Source of the DNA: an uncultured Pelagibacteraceae bacterium
GTDB taxonomy: Bacteria; Pseudomonadota; Alphaproteobacteria; Pelagibacterales; Pelagibacteraceae
DNA length: 42,828 nt
NCBI GenBank assembly: GCA_902602575.1
Contig: CACKRX010000001.1
Span: 1-42,828, forward strand
Reading direction: 5' to 3'
Shown here: piece after piece, positions 28,561 to 38,976 of the stretch
How positions within the stretch are numbered: the stretch's first letter is position 1
Layout: each line of letters begins with the position of its first letter
Translations under genes and position numbers: made by a program
The notes under the pieces: model-generated
What the model saw: only the letters and a program-made list of their open reading frames with translations
What the model was told of the DNA's origin: nothing
The model's database searches: none

Positions 28561-31140
28561 ATGAATCTAGTAATTGTCGAAAGTCCAGCTAAAGCAAAAA
28601 CAATAAATAAATATCTAGGAAATGATTATACCGTCCTCGCTAGTTATGGACATATCAGAGATCTTCCATCTAAGAATGGCTCAGTAGATCCTGAAAATGA
28701 ATTTAAGATGATTTGGGAAATAGATAGTTTTTCTAAAAAATATTTAAAAGAAATTTCTGATGTAGCAAAAGACTCTAAAAAAATAATACTTGCTACAGAC
28801 CCTGACAGAGAAGGTGAAGCAATTGCATGGCATGTAAAAGAATTTTTAAATGAAAAAAAATTACTTAAAGACAAAAAAATTGAAAGAGTTGTTTTTAATG
28901 AAATAACTAAAAAGGCAGTCACAAATGGAATAGAAAATCCAAGAGAAATAGAATCTGATCTTGTTAATGCTTACATGGCAAGACGTGCCTTGGATTATTT
29001 AGTAGGTTTTAATATTTCTCCCATACTTTGGACCAAACTCCCAGGGTCTAAATCAGCGGGAAGAGTACAATCTGTTGCTCTGAGACTTTTAACTGAAAGA
29101 GAACATGAAATCGAAATTTTTAAAGCTGAGGAATTTTGGTCTTTAAAAGTAAATTTTAAGACAAATGATGGAAATTTAATATCATCAAATATTTTTCAAA
29201 TTAATAATAAAAAAATTGAAAAATTTAGTTTCAAAAATAAAAACGATATTAATCAAGCAATAGAAAAAATAAAAAACGATAAATACAAAATTACAGATAT
29301 TACATCAAAAATATATTCTAGAAATCCTTCTGGACCTTTTACAACTTCAACATTGCAGCAGTCGGCTTCAAGTAAGCTTGGTTTTGGTGCCTCAAGAACA
29401 ATGCAAATTGCTCAAAGGCTGTATCAAGGTATAGAAATTGAAGGTGAAACAAAAGGATTAATCACTTACATGCGAACAGATGGTACCAATATATCTAAAG
29501 AAGCTTTGCCAGTTTTTAGGAACTTTATAAGTGATAACTTTGGTAATGAATATTTACCTGATCAACCAATTAATTACTCGGGTAAAAAGGCAAAAAATGC
29601 GCAAGAGGCTCATGAAGCTATTAGACCAACAGAAATAAGCAATACACCTGAAAAAATGAAAAAATATTTAAGCTCAGATCAAAATAAATTATATAACTTG
29701 ATTTGGTCAAGAGCTCTATCTTCACAAATGACACCAGCAAAATTTGATAGAAAAACAATCATTATTGAATCAAATAACAATGAACATATTTTCAGGTCAT
29801 CGGGTTCAACGATAGTGTTTGATGGTTTTATGAAGTTAATTAATTTAGATGAAGATAACAATGATGAAAATATTTTACCCAAAGTAGAAAAAGGTGAAGT
29901 AAATATATCTGATTTTATAGATGAACAACATTTTACGCAACCACCCCCAAGATATTCTGAGGCTAGTTTAGTTAAGAAATTAGAGGAATTAGGTATTGGT
30001 CGTCCCTCTACTTACGCAAGTATTATTTCAGTAATTGCTAACAGAGGTTATGCGGACGTTGTTAATAAAAGATTTTTCCCAACTGATAGAGGAAAACTTT
30101 TATCTGCTTTTCTTGAAAAACTTTTTACAAAATATGTTGATTATGACTTTACTGCAAAATTGGAAGATCAATTAGATGACATAACTTCAGGAAAAGAAAA
30201 CTGGTTAAGCGTATTAGATCAATTTTGGAAAGACTTTAATAAAAATGTTTCATCTGTAAAAGAAATTAGAACAAGAGAAGTTCTTGATATGTTAAATGAA
30301 AGTTTGGGAGATCTAATATTTGAAAGAAATAATGATGGTAAAATTGATAGAAACTGCAAATTATACAACAAAACATGTGTTTCTGGTGAAGGCACATTAA
30401 GTTTAAAAAATAGTTTTAGAGGTGGTGCATTTATCGGCTGTTCTAACTATCCGGATTGCAAGTTTACAAGACCGCTTTCAAAGATTAAAGCATCTCAACA
30501 AATAAATTTAGCAGAACCTAAATTAATTGGTAAAAATGATAATGATAAAGAAATTTATTTAAAAAATGGAAGATTTGGTCCTTATTTGCAATACGAATTA
30601 TTAGAAGATGAAATAGTAAAAACAAAAAAAAGAAAAACAAAGAAAGAGGAAAATAATTTAAAAAATGTATCGATTCCTAAAGGCTTAGATATAGAAAATA
30701 TAGATTTAGAAAAAGCAAAATATCTATGCTCTCTACCTAAAATTTTAGGCACCCATCCAGATATTGGAAAAGAAATTACAGTAAACGTTGGTAGATTTGG
30801 ACCATACTTAAAGTGTGAAAATAAATCCGCAAGAATTGAGAGTGTAGATGAATTATTTTCAATTGGTTTGAACAGAGCTATAACTTTAATATCTGAAGCA
30901 AAACCCGGAAGAATGTCCTCATCAATGATTAAAGATTTAGGTGAACATCCTGAAGACAAAAAACCTGTAAGAGTTATGAAGGGTCAATATGGGCCTTATA
31001 TAAAGTATAAATCTCTCAATGCAACAATACCTGAAGAAAAGGATCCAACAGAATTGACAATGGAAGAAGCATTGATATTGATTGAGAAACGGAAAGAATA
31101 CGATAAAACTAAAAAATCAAAAAAAAGGAAATCAAAATGA
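28561..31140 (+). CDS. topA: DNA topoisomerase I
   Basis: VIVESPAKAKTI, ATDPDREGE, SAGRVQS, LITYMRTD (catalytic Tyr), GIGRPSTY; one Zn ribbon and three G(R/Q)(F/Y)GPY Toprim_C repeats. Confidence 0.98.
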   Translation: MNLVIVESPAKAKTINKYLGNDYTVLASYGHIRDLPSKNGSVDPENEFKMIWEIDSFSKKYLKEISDVAKDSKKIILATDPDREGEAIAWHVKEFLNEKKLLKDKKIERVVFNEITKKAVTNGIENPREIESDLVNAYMARRALDYLVGFNISPILWTKLPGSKSAGRVQSVALRLLTEREHEIEIFKAEEFWSLKVNFKTNDGNLISSNIFQINNKKIEKFSFKNKNDINQAIEKIKNDKYKITDITSKIYSRNPSGPFTTSTLQQSASSKLGFGASRTMQIAQRLYQGIEIEGETKGLITYMRTDGTNISKEALPVFRNFISDNFGNEYLPDQPINYSGKKAKNAQEAHEAIRPTEISNTPEKMKKYLSSDQNKLYNLIWSRALSSQMTPAKFDRKTIIIESNNNEHIFRSSGSTIVFDGFMKLINLDEDNNDENILPKVEKGEVNISDFIDEQHFTQPPPRYSEASLVKKLEELGIGRPSTYASIISVIANRGYADVVNKRFFPTDRGKLLSAFLEKLFTKYVDYDFTAKLEDQLDDITSGKENWLSVLDQFWKDFNKNVSSVKEIRTREVLDMLNESLGDLIFERNNDGKIDRNCKLYNKTCVSGEGTLSLKNSFRGGAFIGCSNYPDCKFTRPLSKIKASQQINLAEPKLIGKNDNDKEIYLKNGRFGPYLQYELLEDEIVKTKKRKTKKEENNLKNVSIPKGLDIENIDLEKAKYLCSLPKILGTHPDIGKEITVNVGRFGPYLKCENKSARIESVDELFSIGLNRAITLISEAKPGRMSSSMIKDLGEHPEDKKPVRVMKGQYGPYIKYKSLNATIPEEKDPTELTMEEALILIEKRKEYDKTKKSKKRKSK

Positions 31141-31598
31141 GTTATGATGATAAATTAAAGGAATTAGAAATTAATCTTCCTGAAGCAAAAGCACCTGTTG
31201 GAAATTATGTTGCAACAAAAGTTTCTGGAAAAATGTTATTTATATCCGGACAAATTTCTATCGATGAAACTGGTCAGTTAATAAAAGGAAAAGTTGGTAA
31301 AGATTTAGACACAGACGCAGGTTATAATGCAGCTAAAAGATGTGCGTTAAGTATTATTGCTCAAGTAAAAAAAGCTTGTGGCAATGATTTATCAAAAGTT
31401 AAATCGTGTGTAAAGTTAACAGGATTTGTTAATTCAACAGATGAATTTATAGATCAACCTAAAGTATTAAATGGTGCATCAGATCTAATAGCTTCAGTTT
31501 TTGGAGACGCTGGAATGCATACTAGGGCTGCTGTAAGTACAAATAGTTTACCATTAGGTGTTTCAGTAGAAGTAGATGCAATTTTTGAGTTGAAATAA
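31137..31598 (+). CDS. RidA/YjgF-family protein (Rid)
   Basis: PVGNYV, FISGQI, NGASDL, HTRAAV, LPLGVSVEVD; conserved Arg present. Confidence 0.88.
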   Translation: MSYDDKLKELEINLPEAKAPVGNYVATKVSGKMLFISGQISIDETGQLIKGKVGKDLDTDAGYNAAKRCALSIIAQVKKACGNDLSKVKSCVKLTGFVNSTDEFIDQPKVLNGASDLIASVFGDAGMHTRAAVSTNSLPLGVSVEVDAIFELK

Positions 31599-31601
31599 AT
31601 T

Positions 31602-32900
31602 TTATTTTCCAACACTATAATACTTAAAACCTTGCTGCTTGATTTTTGAAGAAGAATACAAATTTCTCATATCAAAAATTATAAACTTTTTACCTTTAAC
31701 TAAGTTTTTAAAATTTATTGATTTAAAATCATTCCATTCTGTGTGTAGAATAACAAGATCTGAATTTTGGACAGCATCTTTAATTGATGTTTTGTTAGTA
31801 ACATTTTTTAATTTCAAAAATTCATTTTTATAACCAGTTGGATCAAAATATTTTATTATAGCTCCTTTTTTTGATAACCACGGTATCATTTTCAGACTTG
31901 ATGAATCTCTCATATCATCAGTGTTTGCTTTAAATGTTACGCCTAAAAAAGTTATCTTTTTATTCTTTATTTTTTTATTTAACATTCGATAAATTCGATC
32001 TAATAAAATTTTAGATCTATTTTCATTGGATTTAATTACAGATTTTACCACTGATAAGTTAGTTTTAAATTTGTCAGCAGTTGAAATAATTGCTTTTGTA
32101 TCTTTTGGAAAACAAGATCCACCGTAGGCGGGGCCTGCTCTGAGAAATCTACTACCTATTCTTTTATCTAAACCCATTCCTATCGATATATCTTCCACAT
32201 TAATGCCAGTTTTTTCGCACAAATTTGCTATTTCATTAATAAAAGTTATTTTAGTAGCTAAGAAAGCGTTAGAGGCGTATTTGATCAATTCCGCTGCTCT
32301 TCTAGATGTTTGCAAATATGAAGCTCCTTTAGAAATTAGCGGGCTATAAAGATTTTTTAAAATTTTGCCAGCCTTATTATCATTCGTTCCAATCACAACT
32401 CTATCTGGGTAAGTAAAATCTCTTATCGCCTCACCTTCTCTCAAAAATTCTGGATTAGAGACTACAGAAAATTTTTTTTTACTATTTTTTTTAGATAAAA
32501 TTTTTTCAATCTCATCACCTGTGGTTACCGGGACAGTTGATTTAGTTATAATAATTTTAAAACTTTTAATTGATGTACTTATTTCTTTAATTACATTGTA
32601 GATTTGACTTAAATCTGCTGAGCTTCCTCCTTTCTTTGTAGGCGTTCCAACACAAATGAAAATTATGTCAGACTCTTTGACAGATTTTTTTAAATCTGTT
32701 GAAAAATTTAATCTCTTATTTCTATAGTTTTTAATTACTAATTCTGAAAGTCCAGGTTCATAGATTGGAACTTTTCCTTTTTTAAGGGAATTAATCTTAT
32801 TTAAATCTTTATCTACACAAATAACTTCATTACCTAAATCTGCAAAACATACACCACTAACTAATCCTACATAGCCAGTTCCTATCATACATAATTTCAT
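31602..32900 (-). CDS. ugd: UDP-glucose 6-dehydrogenase
   Basis: GTGYVGL, CVGTP, KSTVP, NPEFLREG, KYASN, GGSCFPKD, FKANTDD.RDS. Confidence 0.96.
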   Translation of the reverse strand: MKLCMIGTGYVGLVSGVCFADLGNEVICVDKDLNKINSLKKGKVPIYEPGLSELVIKNYRNKRLNFSTDLKKSVKESDIIFICVGTPTKKGGSSADLSQIYNVIKEISTSIKSFKIIITKSTVPVTTGDEIEKILSKKNSKKKFSVVSNPEFLREGEAIRDFTYPDRVVIGTNDNKAGKILKNLYSPLISKGASYLQTSRRAAELIKYASNAFLATKITFINEIANLCEKTGINVEDISIGMGLDKRIGSRFLRAGPAYGGSCFPKDTKAIISTADKFKTNLSVVKSVIKSNENRSKILLDRIYRMLNKKIKNKKITFLGVTFKANTDDMRDSSSLKMIPWLSKKGAIIKYFDPTGYKNEFLKLKNVTNKTSIKDAVQNSDLVILHTEWNDFKSINFKNLVKGKKFIIFDMRNLYSSSKIKQQGFKYYSVGK

Positions 32901-33712
32901 GATTTTGCTATTTCCAAAGTAGATTTAATATAACCATTCATACTTCCACAATCTAAGTATTTGCCTGAAAAATTATGAGCAATAAACTTATTGTTATCGT
33001 AAATCAAAGATTGAATAGCATCAGTAATGTGAATTTCACCACCTTTTCCTGGTTTTTGTTTTGACAATTTAGAAAATATTTTCTTAGGTAAAATATACCT
33101 TCCAATGACCGCTTTGTTTGATGGAGCGCTTGCAACAGATGGTTTTTCAATAACATCTTTAATTAAATAATTTTTCCTATCTAGTTTTTTGCTTAATTTA
33201 AATATACCCCATCTTGAAACTGTTTTTTTATTCACATTCATACTTGCCATAACAGAAGATTTGTACCGACTGTGAATGTTAATCATAGACTTAGAGCAAT
33301 TTTTTTTTATAATTAAGTCATCAGGTAATAACATTAAGAAAAACTTATCTTTAATAAATTTTTTTGTCTTCAAAACTGCATCACCAGTCCCAAGGGGTTT
33401 GTTTTGATACACAAATTTAATCATTTTTTTATATTTCAAGATTTGTTTATATTCTTTTATAATTCTTGGATCCTTTTTTTTGTTTATAATTTTCTTATAA
33501 AAACTGTCATTATAAAAATAATTTTTTATCATTTGTTTTTTTTTTGAAATAATAAAGACAACTTCTTTAATTCCTGCTTCAATACATTCGTCCAAAATAT
33601 ATTGAATTCCAGGTTTCCCATTAATAGGTAATAATTCTTTTGCAAAAACGCTAGTTAAAGGTAAAAGTCTTGTGCCTAAACCAGCTAAAGGTATTATTGC
33701 TTGTTTAATCAT
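32897..33712 (-). CDS. galU: UTP--glucose-1-phosphate uridylyltransferase
   Basis: AGLGTRLLP, KELLP, QNKPLGTGDAV, LPDD, IEKP, IGRY, GGEIHITDA, DCGS; coupled to ugd. Confidence 0.9.
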   Translation of the reverse strand: MIKQAIIPLAGLGTRLLPLTSVFAKELLPINGKPGIQYILDECIEAGIKEVVFIISKKKQMIKNYFYNDSFYKKIINKKKDPRIIKEYKQILKYKKMIKFVYQNKPLGTGDAVLKTKKFIKDKFFLMLLPDDLIIKKNCSKSMINIHSRYKSSVMASMNVNKKTVSRWGIFKLSKKLDRKNYLIKDVIEKPSVASAPSNKAVIGRYILPKKIFSKLSKQKPGKGGEIHITDAIQSLIYDNNKFIAHNFSGKYLDCGSMNGYIKSTLEIAKS

Positions 33713-33725
33713 AAAATCTTATACT
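33697..33725 (+). promoter_or_regulatory. Putative sigma70 promoter for panC (TTGCTT-17-TATACT), with the -35 inside galU
   Basis: TTGCTT at 33697-33702 and TATACT at 33720-33725, exact 17-nt spacer. Confidence 0.45.
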
Positions 33726-33741
33726 AACTCAATTACCATAA

Positions 33742-34542
33742 ATGATTATTTTTAAAAGTATTAATAAACTTAATAAAGAAGTTAATTTTAAGGCAAGTAT
33801 AGGATTTGTCCCAACAATGGGCAGTTTGCATAAAGGGCATATTAGTTTGATAAAAAAATGCCAAAAAACATGTAACAAAACCCTAGTAAGTATATTCATT
33901 AATCCCTCACAATTTAACCGAAAGACTGATTATAAAAATTACCCAAGAACATTAAATAAAGATATAGAAATTTTGAAGAAGCTTAAAGTAGACTATGTCC
34001 TGATACCAAACATAAAAGAAATCTATACAAGAAATACTCCAAGAAAAATTAATATTAATAGAAAATACAAGGTATTATGCGGTAAATATCGACCAGGACA
34101 TTTTGAAGGAGTTTTAGCTGTAATAAATAAATTTTTAAAAAGTCTTAAAGTAAAAAAGATTTTCTTAGGGGAAAAAGATTTTCAACAATATTTCTTGATC
34201 AAAAATTTCATAAAAAAAAAATTTAAAACAAAGGTTGTACTGTGCAAAACTATCAGAATGAATAGTTCACTACCCTACTCATCCAGAAACAAGTTACTTG
34301 ATAAAAAAAGTATGAAAGAAGCTCAAAAGTTTACAAAAAAGATAATTGATGTGTTCAAAAATATAAAAAGAAACACCAAAAATACTTATTTACTTCAAAG
34401 CATTAAAAACAACCGTAACATTAAAATTGAATATCTAGAATTGAGAAACAAAAAGGATCTAAGTACAAGTTTTACCAAAAAAAATCTAAAACTCTTTGCA
34501 TGTTTTTATATTAAGAAAGTGAGATTGATTGATAATTTTTAG
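33742..34542 (+). CDS. panC: Pantoate--beta-alanine ligase
   Basis: GFVPTMGSLHKGH, SIFINPSQF, YPR, RPGHFEGV, GEKDFQQ, SSRN, RLIDN. Confidence 0.95.
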   Translation: MIIFKSINKLNKEVNFKASIGFVPTMGSLHKGHISLIKKCQKTCNKTLVSIFINPSQFNRKTDYKNYPRTLNKDIEILKKLKVDYVLIPNIKEIYTRNTPRKININRKYKVLCGKYRPGHFEGVLAVINKFLKSLKVKKIFLGEKDFQQYFLIKNFIKKKFKTKVVLCKTIRMNSSLPYSSRNKLLDKKSMKEAQKFTKKIIDVFKNIKRNTKNTYLLQSIKNNRNIKIEYLELRNKKDLSTSFTKKNLKLFACFYIKKVRLIDNF

Positions 34543-35918
34543 CCGTAAAAGAAATATGCACCAATACCTAAAAAAGACAAAAAACCAATCACATCTGTAA
34601 CAGTTGTTACAAACACACTTGATGCTATCGCTGGGTCAATATTAATTTTTTTTAGTGTCACTGGAATTAAAATTCCAAACAAACCAGCAACTATCATATT
34701 TAATACCATTGAGATGGAAATGATTATAGATAAAATGTAATCTTTAAACCATAGTTGAACTATTAAAGCACTTATTATTGCAAAAATAATTCCATTTAAA
34801 ACTCCAATATTAAATTCTTTTAAAACAATCTTTAAAAAGTTACTATTTGTTAAGTCGTTTGTAGCGATACCGCGTATAGTTACTGCTAGCGTTTGCATAC
34901 CGGCATTACCCCCCATTGAAGCAACTATTGGCATTAAAAAAGCTAAAGCAACCATTTGTTCAATAGTCGCACCAAATTTACTGATAACCCAAGTTGCCAA
35001 AAAGGCTGTGAAAAGATTAAGTAAAAGCCAATTAAACCTTCTTTGTGTTTTCTTAATAACACTATCAGTAATTTCTTCATCTCCAACACCAGCTAGTCTT
35101 AAGGTATCTTCTTCTGCCTCTTCTTTTAATACAGTCAATACATCGTCACTAGTAATCATACCAACCAATTTTTTTGTTTTATCAATTACAGCAGCAGAAT
35201 TAAGATTATAATTTTCAAAAAGTCTTCCAACTTCTTCTCTATCCATGTCAACTGGAATAGTAACTTGGGACTCCAACATAATTTCAACCATCTTACTCTC
35301 ACGGGGTGTTCTCAAAACTTTTGATGAAGGGACTGTTCCAAGAGGTTTAAATTCATTATCGATAATATAAATTTCTAAAAATTGTTCAGGGAGATCTTTA
35401 TTTTCTCTTAAATAATCAATTGTTTGCCCAACAGACCAATTACTTGGAATAGCCGTAAATTCCCTCTGCATAATTCGTGCCGCGGAGTCTTCTGGATAAC
35501 TTAAACTTTCCAATAGAGCAAATCTATCTTTAGGAGGTAAAGAGCTTAAAATTTCATTTTTACTTTTCTCTTCAATATTTTCTAATATCTTAATTGCGTC
35601 ATCAGACTCTAAATTTTTAAGAATAAATATTATAGAAGCTGTTGATAGTAACTTTATAATCTCGGATTGAATATTTTCATTTAACTCAACAAACAATTCT
35701 GGGTCCAATTTAAAGTTATTTAATTTTATAAGATTTTCTCTGTCATCTTGACTTAAATGTTCGATAATGTCTGCTGCATCCGCTGGGTGCATCTCTTTAA
35801 AAGAATTTGTAATAAAATTTACGTCATTTTTTTGAATTTTATCTTCTATTACTTTGATATACTCCCTATTAAATTCAAAGTTGACTTTTTTATCGATTTT
35901 TTTTTTTAAATTGCTCAT
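34539..35918 (-). CDS. mgtE: Magnesium transporter MgtE
   Basis: MHPADAAD N-domain, CBS pair, MGGNAGMQT, IDPAIAS, TTVTDVIG. Confidence 0.96.
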   Translation of the reverse strand: MSNLKKKIDKKVNFEFNREYIKVIEDKIQKNDVNFITNSFKEMHPADAADIIEHLSQDDRENLIKLNNFKLDPELFVELNENIQSEIIKLLSTASIIFILKNLESDDAIKILENIEEKSKNEILSSLPPKDRFALLESLSYPEDSAARIMQREFTAIPSNWSVGQTIDYLRENKDLPEQFLEIYIIDNEFKPLGTVPSSKVLRTPRESKMVEIMLESQVTIPVDMDREEVGRLFENYNLNSAAVIDKTKKLVGMITSDDVLTVLKEEAEEDTLRLAGVGDEEITDSVIKKTQRRFNWLLLNLFTAFLATWVISKFGATIEQMVALAFLMPIVASMGGNAGMQTLAVTIRGIATNDLTNSNFLKIVLKEFNIGVLNGIIFAIISALIVQLWFKDYILSIIISISMVLNMIVAGLFGILIPVTLKKINIDPAIASSVFVTTVTDVIGFLSFLGIGAYFFYG

Positions 35919-35985
35919 TTTAAATCCTATAAAAATTATTAGAACTATTAATACAAATTAAATATAATACAATTTTTAATTTCTT

Positions 35986-36600
35986 ATGGAGATCAAAATA
36001 TCAAAAAAACCAGTAAAATATGAAGAAGCTGTCAAATATCTTGATAAAAGGGTTAAGGAAGTTTTTCAAAACAAAAATGAAGAATTAATTTGGTTCTTAG
36101 AACACAGGTCTGTTTATACATGTGGCGTAAATTTCAATCAAAAAGATGTTTTGGATAAAAACGTAAAAATAGTTAAAACTAATAGAGGTGGGAAAATAAC
36201 ATGGCATGGCCCAGGTCAATTAGTTTGTTACTTTGTTGTAGATATATCTAAAAGAAAAAAAGACATAAGAAAATTTATAACAGCTATCGAAAATTCAATT
36301 ATAGAAACTTTAAAAGATTTTAAGATAATTTCTTTTAGTGATAGGAAAAATATTGGTATTTGGGTTATGGATAAAAAAGAAGTAAAAAAAATTGCAGCAA
36401 TTGGTTTTCGTGTAAAAAAATGGATTGCATTTCACGGATTTTCATTAAATTTATTTAACAGTCTAAAAAGTTACAAAAAAATAATCCCTTGCGGAATATC
36501 AGATAAAGGTGTTTCTAGAATATATGATTTTAAAAAAATCTCAAAAAAAAAAATAATTGATAAACTTAAAATTAAGCTTATTAAAAATCTAAAATATTGA
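35986..36600 (+). CDS. lipB: Octanoyltransferase
   Basis: EHRSVYT, RGGKITWHGPGQLV, KIAAIG, HGFSLN, IIPCGI. Confidence 0.95.
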   Translation: MEIKISKKPVKYEEAVKYLDKRVKEVFQNKNEELIWFLEHRSVYTCGVNFNQKDVLDKNVKIVKTNRGGKITWHGPGQLVCYFVVDISKRKKDIRKFITAIENSIIETLKDFKIISFSDRKNIGIWVMDKKEVKKIAAIGFRVKKWIAFHGFSLNLFNSLKSYKKIIPCGISDKGVSRIYDFKKISKKKIIDKLKIKLIKNLKY

Positions 36601-37498
36601 GTTTTTTTTTTTCTAAATACCTATTAAAAGATTTTGGTGGACTTGCTTTATAGAAAAATTTCTTATCATTAATATAAAATTTTAAAGAGTAAGCATGTAA
36701 CATTAAGTCTTTTTCACTTTTATTCTTTTTACTGGAGAGAATATATTTTTTATCTCCTACAATTGGATTATTAATTAAAGTTAATTGTTTTCTTAATTGA
36801 TGTTTCCTTCCAGTAACAGGTTTAAGTTCTAGAAATGATGTTGAAGCAGTCTCAGAAAGAACTTTATAATATGTTATTGCTTTTTCAATTTTCTTTTTGT
36901 TATTTTCGAAAGTAATAAGTTCATTTTTCAACTCACCTTTTTTTTTACTTATATGACCATGACATACAGCTAGATAGGTTTTGTGAATTTTGCGAAGTCT
37001 AAATAACGATGTCAATAATCTTGCTGAGTTATGATTTTTAGAAATTATCATTATTCCAGATGTTTCTTTATCTAACCTATGAACTGGAAAAGGTTTTGTG
37101 TCTTTAAAAAGATCACTAGAAGCTAATATATCAATTAAATTTTTTTTTGATTTTGTTCCACCTTGAACAGGAACACCTGGACTTTTGTCAATTACAATAA
37201 AGTCATCGTTGTCTTCTATTATTCTGTTTTCATGTATTTTTAATAATTTGGCTGATGGAGAAAATTTTTTATTAATCTGTTTATCTTTATTAGTTTCAAA
37301 AGAAAAATTAAAAAAATTTATTTTATCACCAGTCCTTAATTTGTATGAACTACTGACTTTTTTGATATTAACTTTAATTTTTCCTTTTCTTAAAGATTTT
37401 TCGATTAATGATTGTGGAAGAGGTGAAATATTATTTCTTACCCATCTATCAATACGCATACCTGAATAAATTTCCTTAATTATGTAGGACTTATTCAT
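36581..37498 (-). CDS. rluC: RluA-family pseudouridine synthase with an S4 domain (RluC-like)
   Basis: MRIDRW (S4), DKSPGVPVQGG, VHRLDKETSG, TGRKHQLR, PIVGDKKY, LHA. Start moved to ATG 37498; the track's 37588 start overlaps rplQ. Confidence 0.85.
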   Translation of the reverse strand: MNKSYIIKEIYSGMRIDRWVRNNISPLPQSLIEKSLRKGKIKVNIKKVSSSYKLRTGDKINFFNFSFETNKDKQINKKFSPSAKLLKIHENRIIEDNDDFIVIDKSPGVPVQGGTKSKKNLIDILASSDLFKDTKPFPVHRLDKETSGIMIISKNHNSARLLTSLFRLRKIHKTYLAVCHGHISKKKGELKNELITFENNKKKIEKAITYYKVLSETASTSFLELKPVTGRKHQLRKQLTLINNPIVGDKKYILSSKKNKSEKDLMLHAYSLKFYINDKKFFYKASPPKSFNRYLEKKKLNILDF

Positions 37499-37505
37499 TA
37501 TTAAT

Positions 37506-37946
37506 TTAAGATGTGGCTGATTTTTTTTCCTCTGTCTTCGCAGGTTTATCTTGTGACTTTTTTTTCTTAAATTTTCTTTTTGCTTCAACGTCTCTATCTA
37601 CAAATTCTATTACAGCTAATGGTGCGTTATCACCGTACCTAAATCCAGCTTTTACAATTCTAGTGTATCCTCCAGATCTTTTTTCGTATCTTTTAGATAG
37701 AGTTTTTATAACTTTATTCGCATTAGTTTTGTCCTGAAGCTGGGATACTAATTTCCTTGTATTTTGTAGATTTCTTTTCTTGCCTAAAGTTATGATTTTA
37801 TCAGCTTGTGGCTTCAATACTTTTGCTTTTGGTAAGGTAGTAATTATTTGCTCAAATTTAATCAAATTATTAAGCATATTTTTAATTAAAGCTTTTCTAT
37901 GTTCTGATGTTCTGTTGAGTTTTTTGTAACCTAACCTGTGTCTCAT
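37506..37946 (-). CDS. rplQ: 50S ribosomal protein L17
   Basis: MRHR...LNRTSEHRKAL, TTLPKAK, RSGGYTRI, GDNAP. Confidence 0.98.
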   Translation of the reverse strand: MRHRLGYKKLNRTSEHRKALIKNMLNNLIKFEQIITTLPKAKVLKPQADKIITLGKKRNLQNTRKLVSQLQDKTNANKVIKTLSKRYEKRSGGYTRIVKAGFRYGDNAPLAVIEFVDRDVEAKRKFKKKKSQDKPAKTEEKKSATS

Positions 37947-37947
37947 C

Positions 37948-38976
37948 TTAAATACTTTCTTCTAACTTTTTAGATAATTCCGCTATATTATCTGGAGGCC
38001 AATTAGGTATTTCCATACCTAGATATAATGACATACCATTTAGAACTTCTTTTATTTCATTGAGAGATTTTCTTCCAAAATTTGGTGTTCTTAACATTTC
38101 ACCTTCCGACTTTTGAACTAAATCACCGATATAAATAATGTTATCATTTTTAAGACAATTCATAGATCTTACAGAAAGCTCTAATTCATCAACCTTTCTT
38201 AACAAGTTTTTGTTAAATTCTGGTTCACTTGGTTTTTCAGTTATGGCAACTTCTTGAGGTTCGTCAAAATTAACAAACATTCCTAATTGATCTTGAAAAA
38301 TTCTAGCTGAGTACGCCAACGCATCTTCTGCTGAGATGGATCCATTAGTTTCTATTTCCATAGTTAATTTATCATAGTCCAAAGCTTTACCCTCTCGTGC
38401 AGTACTCACAGAATAAGATACTTTTTTAACTGGACTAAAAAGTGAGTCAATAGGTATAAGACCTAAAGGTGGTTCATCAGGTTTGTTAAGTTCAGCGGGC
38501 ACATAACCTTTTCCGTTACCTATCGTCATCTCCATGTGGAAATTTGTATTTTCATCTAAATTACAAATTACCAAGTCCGGATTTAAAATTTCTATTTCGT
38601 TAATTTTTGTTATATCAGATGCTTTAATTAGGCCTGGGCCTTTTACATCTAATACTAATTTTTTTGAACCTTCAGAGTTACTTTTTAATGCTAAAGATTT
38701 AACATTAAGAACAATATCAGTTACATCTTCTCTTACACCTTTAATAGAAGTAAACTCGTGAAGTACTCCATCAATTTGGATTGCTGTTACAGCAGTACCT
38801 CTAATTGAAGACAATAAAATCCTTCTTAGTGAGTTGCCTAAAGTTAAACCATAACCTTTTTCAAGTGGTTCAGCCACAATTTTAGCGTATGATTTATCAT
38901 CGTTTAAATTAATATCCAGCTTTCCTGGTTTAATTAATGATTTCCAATTTTTTAAATTTACATTAGCTGTTTCCAT
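37948..38976 (-). CDS. rpoA: RNA polymerase subunit alpha
   Basis: [50 protein letters not shown]. Confidence 0.99.
   Translation of the reverse strand: METANVNLKNWKSLIKPGKLDINLNDDKSYAKIVAEPLEKGYGLTLGNSLRRILLSSIRGTAVTAIQIDGVLHEFTSIKGVREDVTDIVLNVKSLALKSNSEGSKKLVLDVKGPGLIKASDITKINEIEILNPDLVICNLDENTNFHMEMTIGNGKGYVPAELNKPDEPPLGLIPIDSLFSPVKKVSYSVSTAREGKALDYDKLTMEIETNGSISAEDALAYSARIFQDQLGMFVNFDEPQEVAITEKPSEPEFNKNLLRKVDELELSVRSMNCLKNDNIIYIGDLVQKSEGEMLRTPNFGRKSLNEIKEVLNGMSLYLGMEIPNWPPDNIAELSKKLEESI

Noticed and set aside
4803-36553. Homopolymer A/T runs of 10-11 nt (e.g. about 4803, 21001, 36543) as phase-variation or frameshift sites
   Set aside because: The reading frames are intact, the runs encode poly-Lys in housekeeping genes, and such runs are expected at this AT content.
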